Shown piece after piece: positions 18,701-28,045 of a DNA stretch of 54,772 nt. This DNA comes from a virus. Within the stretch, counting starts at the first letter, position 1. Every line of letters begins with the position of its first letter. The stretch lies in the IMG/VR virus record IMGVR_UViG_3300028430_000584. The stretch is one strand, 5' to 3'. A program made the translations under genes and the position numbers. Below the pieces are notes generated by a model. That model made no database searches, was not told where the DNA came from, and saw nothing but the letters and a program-made list of their open reading frames with translations.

Positions 18701-19058
18701 CCCAACTCACATACTTGGGAGCCGACCTAAACATCTCACTGGCCGCTCGGCCTCCAATAGGCGACGTAACCGCAAACAGCCACACCCACGGGTTCGTGAC
18801 CACACCCCACAACGCCTTGCTCACCGATGAATCGCCCGTCGTCGCCTCAAGCCGCTGCCTGATCGTGCTGCTACGCTCAGCCGGAGTGAGCCGATCCTGT
18901 GCGAACATCGCAGCCATCCCCCCACTCAAGGTGGCTTCACCTTCGAGCAGCGAGGAGACGATGTTACGGGGTGCCGAGTAGATCGACTCGTAACCGAAGG
19001 GCGACACGTCAAACCCAGCTTGGCCGGGCAACGCACCTTGAGTGGGGGCTTGGCTCAT
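15606..19058 (-). CDS. Large virion-associated protein (1150 aa; putative internal or ejection protein)
   Basis: Longest ORF and last gene of the morphogenesis block. AGGA lies upstream of the ATG. Function assigned by size and position only. Confidence 0.5.
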   Translation of the reverse strand: MSQAPTQGALPGQAGFDVSPFGYESIYSAPRNIVSSLLEGEATLSGGMAAMFAQDRLTPAERSSTIRQRLEATTGDSSVSKALWGVVTNPWVWLFAVTSPIGGRAASEMFRSAPKYVSWVSDRFSVFKMLGLTNIRSQLGERVNQMAHRVGAVHDEVLNRPEVKRVFDAETALIKQHGLDPKIGLNWREYTDGDLRKTVARDISTLLHVHRDGMLTNVSPTRLMIDKQTGKLALETRKEVPALLTNKENFGRLVQQYGVDEYIKAVDGLFDMTAKRMTDDPKWLFRMARGTGSANDAFKDIHQLVKPKDKLTKALFARIKQMDPNNPDDVRELSETFVRRFIEDKHYMPRNTRELYRNGEVLDGRALSQEKNVRPSGLVFERSRSKVPYHPEDLAYAARLIDGVDLPQLASQAGDKPARLVRMYKEGNRQLKGLQGEPGAVYRIDSARSIDRYVKDYAHNEAMYMTDVGDLVRAADQQLWGNLKKSGAVVETKETFGDGVSYALPLDEVEKQLKGGVSIADLLGQEYVLAKGQYNRDLISHVVVPHLMGVQESHSTAARGAVLFTKQLARNFSEGVIGDGIRKTGEWGRRFVEKMGQYGNSTDAAGVARTASELQYRVSQTLYSSHLGIPNVGSALINLTQPMLFAGSWVGYGDVLAGYGAAFKRLGGYFSDRMKMGAKVISETERNQLIEKHFGDLTKFRVGNETRDLLEIGESGLQLYEGVGMGRRASAAAETTWDKFFHGTMSLFQKAEWVNRVTTAEAALRLAKRQGLGAADTALFADRVVKTTQFGGHWMDQPLAFLGGSQKVEGVARITSLAQNPLLRQLLSFPTRTLVTAFETVPRLGGREGLTGFTGFLNDMGRAMAMSALMWEVGKETLGIDLARAGMFAATTDAMPFMSQGRVDTRDSVLPLPPIIDIPVAGIKKLYEDGTGAAIAETLPRLVPGGIGFQRMFNVAPELPGPLQAVLGQKQFADWNNRAADGSVPIYREDGTLLRFEEPKRMVYRSLGVDLGAWNQPSQLDNWLVKNRDQIVGYQHEYMRKMLGNDPGGAEGVAREFERRYRLPLTVTRDQWRSFIDARTTPRTGRVLERVNPQIRAQFQQAASQLNPLNLQADPDPDLRQAAIQGMAPHQAYEAMTAYGAQPNGGAGQP
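18918..18933 (+). repeat. Dispersed repeat copy CCCCCCACTCAAGGTG
   Basis: Antisense within the 1150-aa gene, read there as TLSGG. Confidence 0.95.
19034..19048 (-). repeat. Dispersed repeat copy (reverse; CCCCCACTCAAGGTG on the minus strand)
   Basis: Codons 4-8 of the 1150-aa gene (APTQG). Confidence 0.95.
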
Positions 19059-19066
19059 GGCTCATC

Positions 19067-19098
19067 CTAGTCAAGTAAAAAGCGGGCAGCCGACTTGC
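19067..19098 (-). terminator. Rho-independent terminator (minus strand)
   Basis: On the minus strand gcgggcagtcgcaagtcggctgcccgc is followed by ttttt. Lies between 19173..19652 and the 1150-aa gene. Confidence 0.65.
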
Positions 19099-19172
19099 GA
19101 CTGCCCGCCCCGTGCCCAGCACTCCCCAGTGCTGACCCTCAAGCCATCATGTAGATCGCGTTGTGGTGGGGA

Positions 19173-19652
19173 TCACTTACGCCGCGTCGAGTAGCGAATC
19201 GTCACAACAAGACCGGCCAGATTGGTCAGCGTGCCGCTGGTGTCCAGCAGCAGAATGTCGCCCGGCTCGATCTCGTTCTGGTCAGTCAGCACGGTCACGT
19301 CATAAACGCGGCCCGTCTCCAGCGTACCCGTAGCCGCGCCAAGAGCACCCGTCGCCGGAGTTGCACCCGCCGTAGTCACGGGAAGCCCTGCCGACACCAT
19401 CGCAGCCACGTTCGCGTAGCCGCCAGCCGCGAACGGCACACGCAGGATGCGGAAGTTCGCAGCCGCGTCAGAAGCCCGCGTGTTGATGCTGTAGCTGATC
19501 TGGTCAATAAACGCGCTGATGCCGTTGCTGCGAGGCACCTGCGGGAACGACAAGGGACCGTCGCCAGCCGTCGCAGCAGCCAGGGGGCCGATGGTGGAGA
19601 ACTGGTCGATGCGAGGAAGAACGTCGATGACAGTGATGGGTTGACCGGCCAT
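19173..19652 (-). CDS. Hypothetical virion protein (159 aa)
   Basis: ORF track. Inside the structural block. Confidence 0.5.
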   Translation of the reverse strand: MAGQPITVIDVLPRIDQFSTIGPLAAATAGDGPLSFPQVPRSNGISAFIDQISYSINTRASDAAANFRILRVPFAAGGYANVAAMVSAGLPVTTAGATPATGALGAATGTLETGRVYDVTVLTDQNEIEPGDILLLDTSGTLTNLAGLVVTIRYSTRRK

Positions 19653-19673
19653 GTGAATGCTCCAATGCAGAAG

Positions 19674-20102
19674 TTACTGTGCAACCCCGCTCTGCGCCAA
19701 TGCGAGCAGGGGATCTTTCGGTTGTTCAGTATAGGCACCCTGACTCATCGCGCGTGCCAGCTCCATCAGTGCGTCAGTCCGGGGCTTACCCCCAATGACG
19801 ACAGCCCCTCGGGGCAATCGTCGCCCCGCCAAAATCTGCTTGACCAGTCCGGGGTTGATTCGAGCGAGACGCTCGGCGTTATCCATGTCGGCTCGCATGA
19901 GCCGCTGCTCACGGAGTACAACCGCTCTCGCCATGTCTTCCTGCCTGAACGACTCGCTCAGGCTGGCCAACTCGCTCTCGTCCCGCTTCCAACCCAAGCT
20001 GCGAGCCGCCGCACTCGCAACCGGATCAACGATGTTCTCCCCTAGAAACTGACCCGTAGGCAGTGCAAAAGCGGCAGCAGCCGCAGCAGCAGGTAGCATC
20101 AC
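19674..20102 (-). CDS. Hypothetical protein (142 aa) with a hydrophobic N-terminus
   Basis: ORF track. MMLPAAAAAAAFALP. ATGA-type overlap with the upstream gene. Confidence 0.5.
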   Translation of the reverse strand: MMLPAAAAAAAFALPTGQFLGENIVDPVASAAARSLGWKRDESELASLSESFRQEDMARAVVLREQRLMRADMDNAERLARINPGLVKQILAGRRLPRGAVVIGGKPRTDALMELARAMSQGAYTEQPKDPLLALAQSGVAQ

Positions 20103-21559
20103 ATGCCTCCCTTCATCTGAGCGTAGATCTCAGCGAACCCGGGCCTGCTCGGCACGGCAGCCGCCCTGATTGAACCCTCATTGCGTATGACCACACCAGC
20201 CAGCTCGGTGATCCGTTCCTCACGCTCGCTCATCATGCGGCTCATCATCAAGTCCCGATCGGACTCAATCCGACGAAGCTGGCTGTTGAGCCGCTCAGAG
20301 TTCTGCATCTCCATCTCTTGCCGCGTGTTCTCTTGGTAGTCGCCCAGCGACTGCAACCCTCGCTGCTCGCCCTCTCGCCGGTTGCCCGTCGCCAGCCCAT
20401 ACCCATACCTACCAAGTTCCCACGCCGTCAGCGCGATACCGATCGGCAATGCGACGCGGCCCGCCACCTTTGCAAGTCCCGCCAGTTTGCCACCCTTTCC
20501 CGCAACTTGTGCAGCAGTGCCCGCAGCATCAGCAACCCCAGCCGCCGTTCTCGCACCAGCCGCCGCTCGTGTACTCGCAACCGACCTCGCACCCGAGTAG
20601 CCAGCCGCAGCCTCCTCAGCAGCGTCCGCTGCCTTCGCCCACTGACCCACTGCCTCTTGCGCCTTAGCCGCTGGACGAGAACGGAATGCCGGAGTCTTGG
20701 AGAACCGTTCAGCGTTCGCCGCCTTCGCCGCAGCCCGCCGCGCAGCCCTCTCGTTCAACGCAGCCTCCGGCGACACCGCCACTTCCGGCACACCCGGATT
20801 CGGGCGAGGCGTACGGCTACTCCGAGCCGCTGCTCCAGACGAGCTACGCTGCTGAAACGGCATCTGACCCGGATTGGTAGGCGCACCCCTCGGCCCTTCA
20901 GCCGGAGTAGGAAGCCCCGATCCGGACCTCATCTGCACAATCTCCTCCAGAGCGTAAGGGCGACTTGCACTCACTGCACGGGGACCGAGCGGAGTTTGAG
21001 TGCCCGTCAGCGTGGCGGGCGGGTTGTCGGACACTACCGCAGGCGTAGTCGGGGCCGTCTTGGGCTTACGAGTTCGCTGCACCGCTGCCTTCGGAGCCGT
21101 CTCGGGCTTCGCAGCAGGAGTCGCCGAAGCGGGAACCGTCGGCTTCGTTCGGGCTTTCACTGCCGCAGACTTCGGCTTCGCTGGAGCTTTCGGGGCGGGC
21201 GTGTCAGTCGGAACAACGGCAGGCTTGGCCACCTCTGCAATTGAAGCAGGAGCCGCCACCTTCTTAGGCTTGGCTACCTTCGCAGCAGCCGGAGCAGTCG
21301 CCGGAGCGACTTTGGTCGCGGCAGGGGTCGAAGTTCCAGCGAACTTCTTGATAACGGGATCGGGGTCGTTAGCCACCATCTCAAGTAACTTCTGCTCGTC
21401 ATCACCAGTCTGACCGAATTGCTTGGTGAGCTTATCTAGAAGGGCACGTCCCTCGTTGCTCGCCTGAGCCTCGCTGATCTTCTTGACCTTGGCAAGTCGC
21501 TCAGCCAGCTTTACACGAGCACGCATCTTCAACGCATGGAGATTGTTGAGATCGGCCAT
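20099..21559 (-). CDS. Ala/Pro/Lys-rich virion protein (486 aa) with a C-terminal membrane segment
   Basis: Long low-complexity APAKPK region, then GRVALPIGIALTAWELG. In the structural block. Confidence 0.5.
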   Translation of the reverse strand: MADLNNLHALKMRARVKLAERLAKVKKISEAQASNEGRALLDKLTKQFGQTGDDEQKLLEMVANDPDPVIKKFAGTSTPAATKVAPATAPAAAKVAKPKKVAAPASIAEVAKPAVVPTDTPAPKAPAKPKSAAVKARTKPTVPASATPAAKPETAPKAAVQRTRKPKTAPTTPAVVSDNPPATLTGTQTPLGPRAVSASRPYALEEIVQMRSGSGLPTPAEGPRGAPTNPGQMPFQQRSSSGAAARSSRTPRPNPGVPEVAVSPEAALNERAARRAAAKAANAERFSKTPAFRSRPAAKAQEAVGQWAKAADAAEEAAAGYSGARSVASTRAAAGARTAAGVADAAGTAAQVAGKGGKLAGLAKVAGRVALPIGIALTAWELGRYGYGLATGNRREGEQRGLQSLGDYQENTRQEMEMQNSERLNSQLRRIESDRDLMMSRMMSEREERITELAGVVIRNEGSIRAAAVPSRPGFAEIYAQMKGGM

Positions 21560-21562
21560 TGG

Positions 21563-23116
21563 TTACTTCTCCTTCCGATTGCCGCGATCGCCCATCGCAC
21601 GTCCGAGATTCTTCTCGTTCTGGTCGAGCACTTCGCTCAGGCTCTTGCGGCTCCGCTCATCGAGGTTGGCCAGCCGATCGATCTCGCTCTTCTTCACGCG
21701 GTCGATGTCCTCGCCCGTCGTCTTGATTTCGAGTTCAGCTTGGAGCAGCTTGCCCGCTGCTTTGTTGATCTTCGTGGTGTTAGCGATAACTGCCTGCAAG
21801 AAGGAAGCACCACCCGGCATACCCCTAAACTGCTGAAGCTGGGCGATGATGGGGCCATCGTTGTCTGGGTTGCCGTCAGTGAGCCCCGCCGCAAACGTCG
21901 CCGTCAACATACCGGGCTCAATGACACTCTTGCCATTGAACAACGAGCCGCTGGCCGACCGAAGCCGACCTGCACGCTCGTTCAAGTTCTTGACGTTGTT
22001 GTTCAGAAACTCGTCCGCGAACTGATCGGGTGTACCCGTAATTTGCAGTGCGTCAGTCATCGTATCCCAGAGACCCTTGTTCAGTTCCCTGACCTGTTGC
22101 TGGATTTGCATGTCGGTCTTGGACCCGTCGCTAAAGGACATCGCGCCGGCGGTCGCACGCAGCAACTCACGAGCCTGATACGCATCAACCCGGCCCGTCT
22201 TCAGCAGCTTGCTAAGGGCTTCGCTAGCATTCTTCTGGGCCGTCTTGTCGTCCGGCATGTCAGCCGCCTGAAGAGCCGTGAAGATGTAGTCGCGGACCTG
22301 CTCCTGCACGCCCTCCAATCCCTGCGTGTTACCAATCGAGCTGGCCACCGCATCCGCCACCCTCGACGTAACCAGCCGGTTGCCCATCTCTTGATCCATA
22401 CGAGAACGAGATGCCTCCTGCTCAGGAGTCTCTCGCATACCCGGAAGCATCTTCTTCTTGCGGGCTTCGTAGGCGGCGAGCAAGACAGCGTTTTGAACAG
22501 GCTTGATGAGGCTGTCAGCCATCGCGGCAGTAGCAGTCGAACGACCGGCTTCCATATTGGCTGCCGCACCCATCAACTCGGCAGATCCCTCCCCCTTCAT
22601 GCGATCGTTGGACTCAAAGCGAAGTTTGGCGGCTGCCATCCGTGCTTCGGCCAGCTCGATCTCACGCTGCGTGGCGGCTTGGATAGCCTCACGCTCAGCC
22701 TGCGTAGTAGCGAGGGCCATTGCCTCACGCGACTTGGCGTTGATCTGCTCGATCTCAAACTGACGCATGGTGTAGAACTGCTCGTCGGCCTGCTTGAGCT
22801 GCTGCTCCTGCATCCGTCGATCCAGCTCATTCTGTCCCGCTTGGAACTGCTGTCCCTGCTGCACCTGCTGCATCTGGAACTGGCGGTTCTTCTCAGCCTC
22901 GGCCACGCCAGTCGCCTGCTCCGACTGCCGCTGCGTCATCTCCTGCTGAAACTGATCCTTCATCGCATCCATCTTGGTCCGCTCCAGCGCAAGCTGGGCC
23001 TTCGCCAGATCGTTCTGGGCTCGCATCTGGGCGTAGTCGCTCAAGTTGCGCAGAGAGAAGCTGCCCGTCTCAGAGAACAGGCCGGGGCTGCTGACTTGGC
23101 TGGGCATCTGGCTCAT
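21563..23116 (-). CDS. Gln/Ala-rich coiled-coil virion protein (517 aa)
   Basis: ORF track. Heptad-like Q/E/A/K-rich sequence. Confidence 0.5.
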   Translation of the reverse strand: MSQMPSQVSSPGLFSETGSFSLRNLSDYAQMRAQNDLAKAQLALERTKMDAMKDQFQQEMTQRQSEQATGVAEAEKNRQFQMQQVQQGQQFQAGQNELDRRMQEQQLKQADEQFYTMRQFEIEQINAKSREAMALATTQAEREAIQAATQREIELAEARMAAAKLRFESNDRMKGEGSAELMGAAANMEAGRSTATAAMADSLIKPVQNAVLLAAYEARKKKMLPGMRETPEQEASRSRMDQEMGNRLVTSRVADAVASSIGNTQGLEGVQEQVRDYIFTALQAADMPDDKTAQKNASEALSKLLKTGRVDAYQARELLRATAGAMSFSDGSKTDMQIQQQVRELNKGLWDTMTDALQITGTPDQFADEFLNNNVKNLNERAGRLRSASGSLFNGKSVIEPGMLTATFAAGLTDGNPDNDGPIIAQLQQFRGMPGGASFLQAVIANTTKINKAAGKLLQAELEIKTTGEDIDRVKKSEIDRLANLDERSRKSLSEVLDQNEKNLGRAMGDRGNRKEK

Positions 23117-24141
23117 CGACTGCTCCTCACGCTAAACGCCGAACGATCTCCCCAACCCGCGTCTCGCACGTTCATCGAGGCGAGCAGCCCCTCAGCATAC
23201 GAGAAGATGGACTCGGGATTCTGCTGGATGATATCCGCCATCCGGTCCCGCCCTGACAACCGCATCTGAATAGCATTGGCCTGCGCCGCGTTGAGCACGT
23301 TGCCCCATGCCTGCCTTGACTGAAGCGCGAGCTGGCCCCAGTTCTGCTGCACCTGCGCTCCTGACTGGGCCATGTTGCCCGCCTGAAGCATCGTCTGCGA
23401 CAACTGGTTGGTCAGCCCGGCGACATTCTGCCTGAACGTCGATCGGATCTGATTGAGCCCCTGATTCAACTCAGCACCAAACCCTCGAAGCCGCTCTCGC
23501 TTGACGCTCTCAAACTGCTCGTCGTTGACGGCGAGCGGCCCAAACTCACTCTGGAGTTTGGTCATCTCATCCTGAAACCGGCGGCTCATGGACGTAGCGA
23601 AGTTGCTCTCGTCTTCCAACGTGTTAGCCTGAAACTCATCACGGGCTCGGCGACTCTCGGCCACCGCTTCATCAGCGAACCGATTGGAACGGCCCAACAT
23701 GCTGTTGGGATTCGAGGGGTCCATGTTCGCCGTGAACTGATCGGCCAACATCCCAAGCGGCTGAGCCGTCCGCTCCGCCGTCCCCATTACCGCCGCCGCA
23801 CCGGCATCCGACTCTTGCACGATGCCCTGCCCAGCCTGCATCATGCGATCTCGCTGCCTGTCTGCCGCGGCCTGCTTCTGCCCGATCTCCCCAAACAGCG
23901 TGTTCGTAAACTGACCCAAAGCGTTGGGCTGCCCGTCAGCCAGCGTCTGCGTCGAGTCCCAGTTGAGCACCCGACCGAACCCGTCCGTGTTGGTCGTGCC
24001 CGCCAAAAAGCCCGGGTTGCTGCGGATGTAGGTCCGCTCGTTACCACCCGTCACCCTCGGCTGGCTGGGCGGCTGAAAGGCGGGCGTGTTGCGATTGGGA
24101 CTCGCCAAGTTCGCAAACCAGTTATTGTTGAATGCAGTCAT
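23113..24141 (-). CDS. Hypothetical virion protein (342 aa)
   Basis: ORF track. Overlaps the downstream gene start. Confidence 0.5.
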   Translation of the reverse strand: MTAFNNNWFANLASPNRNTPAFQPPSQPRVTGGNERTYIRSNPGFLAGTTNTDGFGRVLNWDSTQTLADGQPNALGQFTNTLFGEIGQKQAAADRQRDRMMQAGQGIVQESDAGAAAVMGTAERTAQPLGMLADQFTANMDPSNPNSMLGRSNRFADEAVAESRRARDEFQANTLEDESNFATSMSRRFQDEMTKLQSEFGPLAVNDEQFESVKRERLRGFGAELNQGLNQIRSTFRQNVAGLTNQLSQTMLQAGNMAQSGAQVQQNWGQLALQSRQAWGNVLNAAQANAIQMRLSGRDRMADIIQQNPESIFSYAEGLLASMNVRDAGWGDRSAFSVRSSR

Positions 24142-24160
24142 GGCGGCTCCCTACATGCGG

Positions 24161-26785
24161 TCACACCGCGCTGCGATCGTCGGCAACCATCTCGCCTTCG
24201 ACTCGAACGCCCAGCAGAGTATAGTCCGTCTTCGGACAGTACACCTCAAAGCCCGGCACCAGATTGCTGCCCTGCACGCCCTGCCTCGCCCTCACCGACG
24301 TAGCCTGCGTCTGAATGGGAACCGCAGTGTACCCCGCGTCAGCCTCCGCAATTCCCGGTGCATAGCTGCCCGACCGCAAGATGGGCTGGCCCGTCGCATC
24401 AGGAACCTCCTGATCCCCGCGATAAACCACGCCCATGTAGGTAGCGTACGGCTCTCCGATCGACGGGCCAAACAGCGTGTCGAACCCGACTTTGATGCCG
24501 CTCACCCGCTTCTGCGACACGAAGTTGGCTTGCCCCTCCATTCCGTTGTCCATCTGCTCGCTGAGCGGCGGGCCATTCCACACCACCTTCACCGGACTGA
24601 TGCCGACCCACGCCCCCTCACTCAGGGTAAGCCCTGCCGCCGTATCCACTTCAAGCGCACCAAGCCCACTCGTAGCTCCAGTGATGCGAGCACGCTTGCC
24701 TACGTTGGCAGGATTGGTCGGATCGCTCAACACATAGAGATAGCAGTCGGCGTAACGTGGGTTGGAGAAATCCCAACCAGTCGGTGGGTTGCCCGACTGC
24801 CCCATCACCGTAACCACAGTGTCGCCAGCGGACAAGTCTTCGTCGGCCTGCCACACGAGCCGTGAGTAGTCAGGCGGGTGCATGAGAACCGACGCCGTGT
24901 ATTTCGTCGTGCCTTCCGTGTAGCGGGACCGCTGCGAGTCCACCAGATAGATGTTGCCTGAAGCAGTCACAAAAAACAAGCGACGGGTCAGCGAGCCCGT
25001 AGGAGATGCCTCAGTCCAGTCAACCGGAAACGCCCCCTGCTCGATGAACTTGAAGACCGAGGTGTCCTCAAGTTCGGTGATTTTGCCAACTGTCCACAAC
25101 AGCAGCGTGTGCCCCGTCTTGTAGTCAGGGTTGTGGACAACGACCACGCCCAGCGTCGGATCGAAGCCGCAGACCACGTTGGCTCGGGTGTTTCGCCACT
25201 TCACATAGATGGGATCGTCCACACCACGCACGTCATCGAGCTGCCCGGTCGAGTCGATAAACTTCAGCCCCTTGTCGCTGACGAAGTACGCGGAGTTAGC
25301 AAAGACTGCAACCGCATTGGGGTTGATGATGCCGATGCCCTCGTGCATCTCCTGCACCTTGATGAACGTCGATTCCTTCCGCACCATGAACAGCCGGTCA
25401 CGTCCGAACCCCACCGCATTCGGCCCCACCTGCACAATCCGCAGTACCTCAGCACTCGGAATCGACGGCGTGTAGCTCGCCCGCGAGCTGAACAACTCGG
25501 GGCCTTGTCGCACGAGCGACGACCACCGCAACTCGCCCAAATTGCTGTCAAACGACGTGGTGCCCTGCCTCAACGCACCGACCAACATCGACCCCTCATA
25601 AAAGCACGCACATCCGCCTCGCGGCATCTCCGCCTGAAAATCGGGCGAATCGGCGTACACGTCCCCCTTGACGACAAGCTGCTTGTCATCCAGCTCGTAC
25701 CAGTAGATTGCACGATCAAGCCCGCCCTCATTCACACGGCCCGAGCCTGACCCGTACGTCGTACCTGAGCCCGAGCCGAAGCCCGAGATGCCCGACGACG
25801 TGGGCCAGTCATACGCCCGGTACGCTGACAGCGTGATGATCCGATCGAGCAGCAGCAGAGCAGCAGCAGTCGTACCACCCGCGCTCTCCGTGCGAACCGA
25901 CCGATAGACGTAGGCCGTGTCCCACTTGGCCGTGTCATACGCGATCTCGATGGCAGCGAACCGCGACTCTTGAGCAGCCCCTGTCACGCTCGTAATCGCA
26001 TTCACGCCGCCCGACCCCGGAGCACCCGAGCCGACCACCGTGCCCGTCGTCTGATAGCGACCGAACGCCGTCGAATCCGCGACCGCCACCTTCGACAACT
26101 GACCCCACCGCCCACTCCTCGAATCGTAGAGCTGGTACGCAAAGGTGTAGTTGCCCGGCGACAGCGACCGCACCGTTACCACGCTCGCCGCCTGATTCTG
26201 TCCCAGCCCCAGCGGGCTCACAAACGAATCGGGCCGTTGATTCGTCAGGACGATCTGCCCACCCTCACCCGTCAACGTACCCAGCGTCACCGTCTGATCC
26301 GGGCTGTTCAGTGTGGGGTTAGCCCCCGGACCCGTGTCGTACACCACGACCGGCGTAGTTCCATTGAAGTAGAAAAGGAACGGCTCCTCACCCTGCACGA
26401 ACACGTAGACGAGCCGCCCGTAGACCGCCACGTCCATCTGAGCAGTCGCACTCACTCCCGCCTTCAGCTCGACGGCACCAACCGCGACCGTAGGCACAAG
26501 CCGCTTGAAGTAGATCGACGTGCCCTTGCGATAGACAAAGCCACCCGTCAGATCCTGAGCGCCCGTGCGAATTGTGACCGATCGCACAAACGTCAGCGTC
26601 CCGCTGCCCGAATCCAATGCCGCAAAATACTTGAAGCCGTGGAAAGGTCGCATCTCGATCGGATCGACACCCACCAACCTCGACGCGAAGCCGGGCTTGC
26701 ACCCCGTCCTGCTCGACGACAGATCAGCGTTCGCATCCGTCAGCGAGTAGTCCCAAGCCCTGTTGCCCAGCGTGCGAGTCCTCAC
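24161..26785 (-). CDS. Large tail protein (874 aa; nozzle or tubular-B-like by size and position)
   Basis: Beta-rich repetitive sequence. In the structural block. No diagnostic motif was seen. Confidence 0.4.
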   Translation of the reverse strand: MRTRTLGNRAWDYSLTDANADLSSSRTGCKPGFASRLVGVDPIEMRPFHGFKYFAALDSGSGTLTFVRSVTIRTGAQDLTGGFVYRKGTSIYFKRLVPTVAVGAVELKAGVSATAQMDVAVYGRLVYVFVQGEEPFLFYFNGTTPVVVYDTGPGANPTLNSPDQTVTLGTLTGEGGQIVLTNQRPDSFVSPLGLGQNQAASVVTVRSLSPGNYTFAYQLYDSRSGRWGQLSKVAVADSTAFGRYQTTGTVVGSGAPGSGGVNAITSVTGAAQESRFAAIEIAYDTAKWDTAYVYRSVRTESAGGTTAAALLLLDRIITLSAYRAYDWPTSSGISGFGSGSGTTYGSGSGRVNEGGLDRAIYWYELDDKQLVVKGDVYADSPDFQAEMPRGGCACFYEGSMLVGALRQGTTSFDSNLGELRWSSLVRQGPELFSSRASYTPSIPSAEVLRIVQVGPNAVGFGRDRLFMVRKESTFIKVQEMHEGIGIINPNAVAVFANSAYFVSDKGLKFIDSTGQLDDVRGVDDPIYVKWRNTRANVVCGFDPTLGVVVVHNPDYKTGHTLLLWTVGKITELEDTSVFKFIEQGAFPVDWTEASPTGSLTRRLFFVTASGNIYLVDSQRSRYTEGTTKYTASVLMHPPDYSRLVWQADEDLSAGDTVVTVMGQSGNPPTGWDFSNPRYADCYLYVLSDPTNPANVGKRARITGATSGLGALEVDTAAGLTLSEGAWVGISPVKVVWNGPPLSEQMDNGMEGQANFVSQKRVSGIKVGFDTLFGPSIGEPYATYMGVVYRGDQEVPDATGQPILRSGSYAPGIAEADAGYTAVPIQTQATSVRARQGVQGSNLVPGFEVYCPKTDYTLLGVRVEGEMVADDRSAV

Positions 26786-27501
26786 GGCAGATACTCCATG
26801 CGTGGAAACTCAGCGGGATCAGTCTTCTGCCGCTCGTACCACTTCCCATCATAGCGATGGTTGCCGTACGAGCACTCAGGCCACTTGACCACCTTGTCCG
26901 GGTTCTGCATGTAGCAAAGCGGGTTGAACACCCGATGAGGCCAGATCACCGGCTGATACTTCAGCAGTTGCCTGCTCAAGTAGATCGGCCCCGCCAGCCC
27001 CAGCACATCCTTCTGAACTCGACCCCCCTGCTTCATCTGATTGAAGTGCCCCTCCAATTCACGCAGGCACGTCCACATGGCCGGATGGTTAGCCTTCGCT
27101 GCAAAGCAGTAGTTGCCGGGACTCTCACCCCACTCGTTGGCGTACGCCAGCTCCACGCCATCCAGCAGCGGTCCCAACGGCTTGAACAGCTCAACATCCG
27201 TGTCTATGTACACACCCCCGTACCGACAAATCATCTCCATCCTCACGATGTCCGACTGCACCACATAGACGGTGTTGCCCTTGAACAAGGTGGGGATCTC
27301 GTTGAACATCTGCTGGTTGAACAGCTCGGGCACCAGCGACGCCCCCAGATCAGAATAGCGACTGGCGTTGGTCTTCGAGTTGACCCACAAGACGCACTGC
27401 CAATCCTCGCTGTTGCGACGGACAGCCCGCTGGGCCGCTCCAATCCACACCAGATCCCTCTCAGGAATCTCGTTGGGACCAAGCCACACATGATGCAGCA
27501 T
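26782..27501 (-). CDS. DXD-motif glycosyltransferase (GT32 / Gly_transf_sug-like)
   Basis: MLHHVWLGPNEIPE... and QSDIVRMEMICRYGGVYIDTDVE match the family pattern (HxxW start, SD-R-GGxYxDxD). Start placed at ATG 27501 because the longer ORF overlaps 27510..28040 out of frame. Confidence 0.7.
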   Translation of the reverse strand: MLHHVWLGPNEIPERDLVWIGAAQRAVRRNSEDWQCVLWVNSKTNASRYSDLGASLVPELFNQQMFNEIPTLFKGNTVYVVQSDIVRMEMICRYGGVYIDTDVELFKPLGPLLDGVELAYANEWGESPGNYCFAAKANHPAMWTCLRELEGHFNQMKQGGRVQKDVLGLAGPIYLSRQLLKYQPVIWPHRVFNPLCYMQNPDKVVKWPECSYGNHRYDGKWYERQKTDPAEFPRMEYLP

Positions 27502-27509
27502 CTTCTGGA

Positions 27510-28040
27510 TCACTTGCTGTTCCCCCCACTCAAGGTGTTGGTGACGGCAGCGAGTGCTCGCTTGGGGGCGGACAGGCAGCCGCAGCCGGTCGCACGCTTG
27601 GACCACGGCCAGCCCACTCGCCTGACCTCCGCCCACAGCGTCCGCACGCCCTTGACGACTGCCACGCCCAGCAGCCACGGATAGGGCACACCCTCCCACG
27701 TCAGGCCCAGCCACTTCATCTTCTTTGGACCCGCCCGTGTCGGCGTGGGCTTGCTCGCGGCAGCCGCCCGCTCTCCGTCGCTCATGGCCTTGCCCACCAG
27801 ATCGCGTAGGCCGGGGTGCCCGATGTTCGGCCACCTCGGCTTCATCTGGTCCACTGTCAACTGGACCAGCCCGGTCCTCACCTCAAGAGCCTGCTGGGTG
27901 CCCGGTCCCAACTCGTGGCACCGCTCACAGAACACATCGTCCACACCCAGCACAAACCCCAACTGTACATCGAGCAGGCCGCACGACTGGGGCCTGCGCA
28001 TGGGGCACTTGCCCATCATCTCGACCGCTTTCTGATTCAT
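27510..28040 (-). CDS. Cys-rich hypothetical protein (176 aa)
   Basis: ATG 28040 lies 5 nt after a sense-oriented repeat copy. The C-terminus TLSGGNSK is encoded by an antisense repeat copy. Confidence 0.5.
   Translation of the reverse strand: MNQKAVEMMGKCPMRRPQSCGLLDVQLGFVLGVDDVFCERCHELGPGTQQALEVRTGLVQLTVDQMKPRWPNIGHPGLRDLVGKAMSDGERAAAASKPTPTRAGPKKMKWLGLTWEGVPYPWLLGVAVVKGVRTLWAEVRRVGWPWSKRATGCGCLSAPKRALAAVTNTLSGGNSK
27522..27537 (+). repeat. Dispersed repeat copy CCCCCCACTCAAGGTG
   Basis: Encodes TLSGG at the C-terminus of 27510..28040 on the minus strand. Confidence 0.95.
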
Positions 28041-28045
28041 CACAG

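Noticed and set aside
27502-27834. An N-terminal 111-aa extension of the glycosyltransferase ORF (start at 27834).
   Set aside because: The extension is Arg/Gly/Ala-rich low complexity and overlaps 27510..28040 in another frame. The family-typical HHVW motif follows the internal ATG at 27501.
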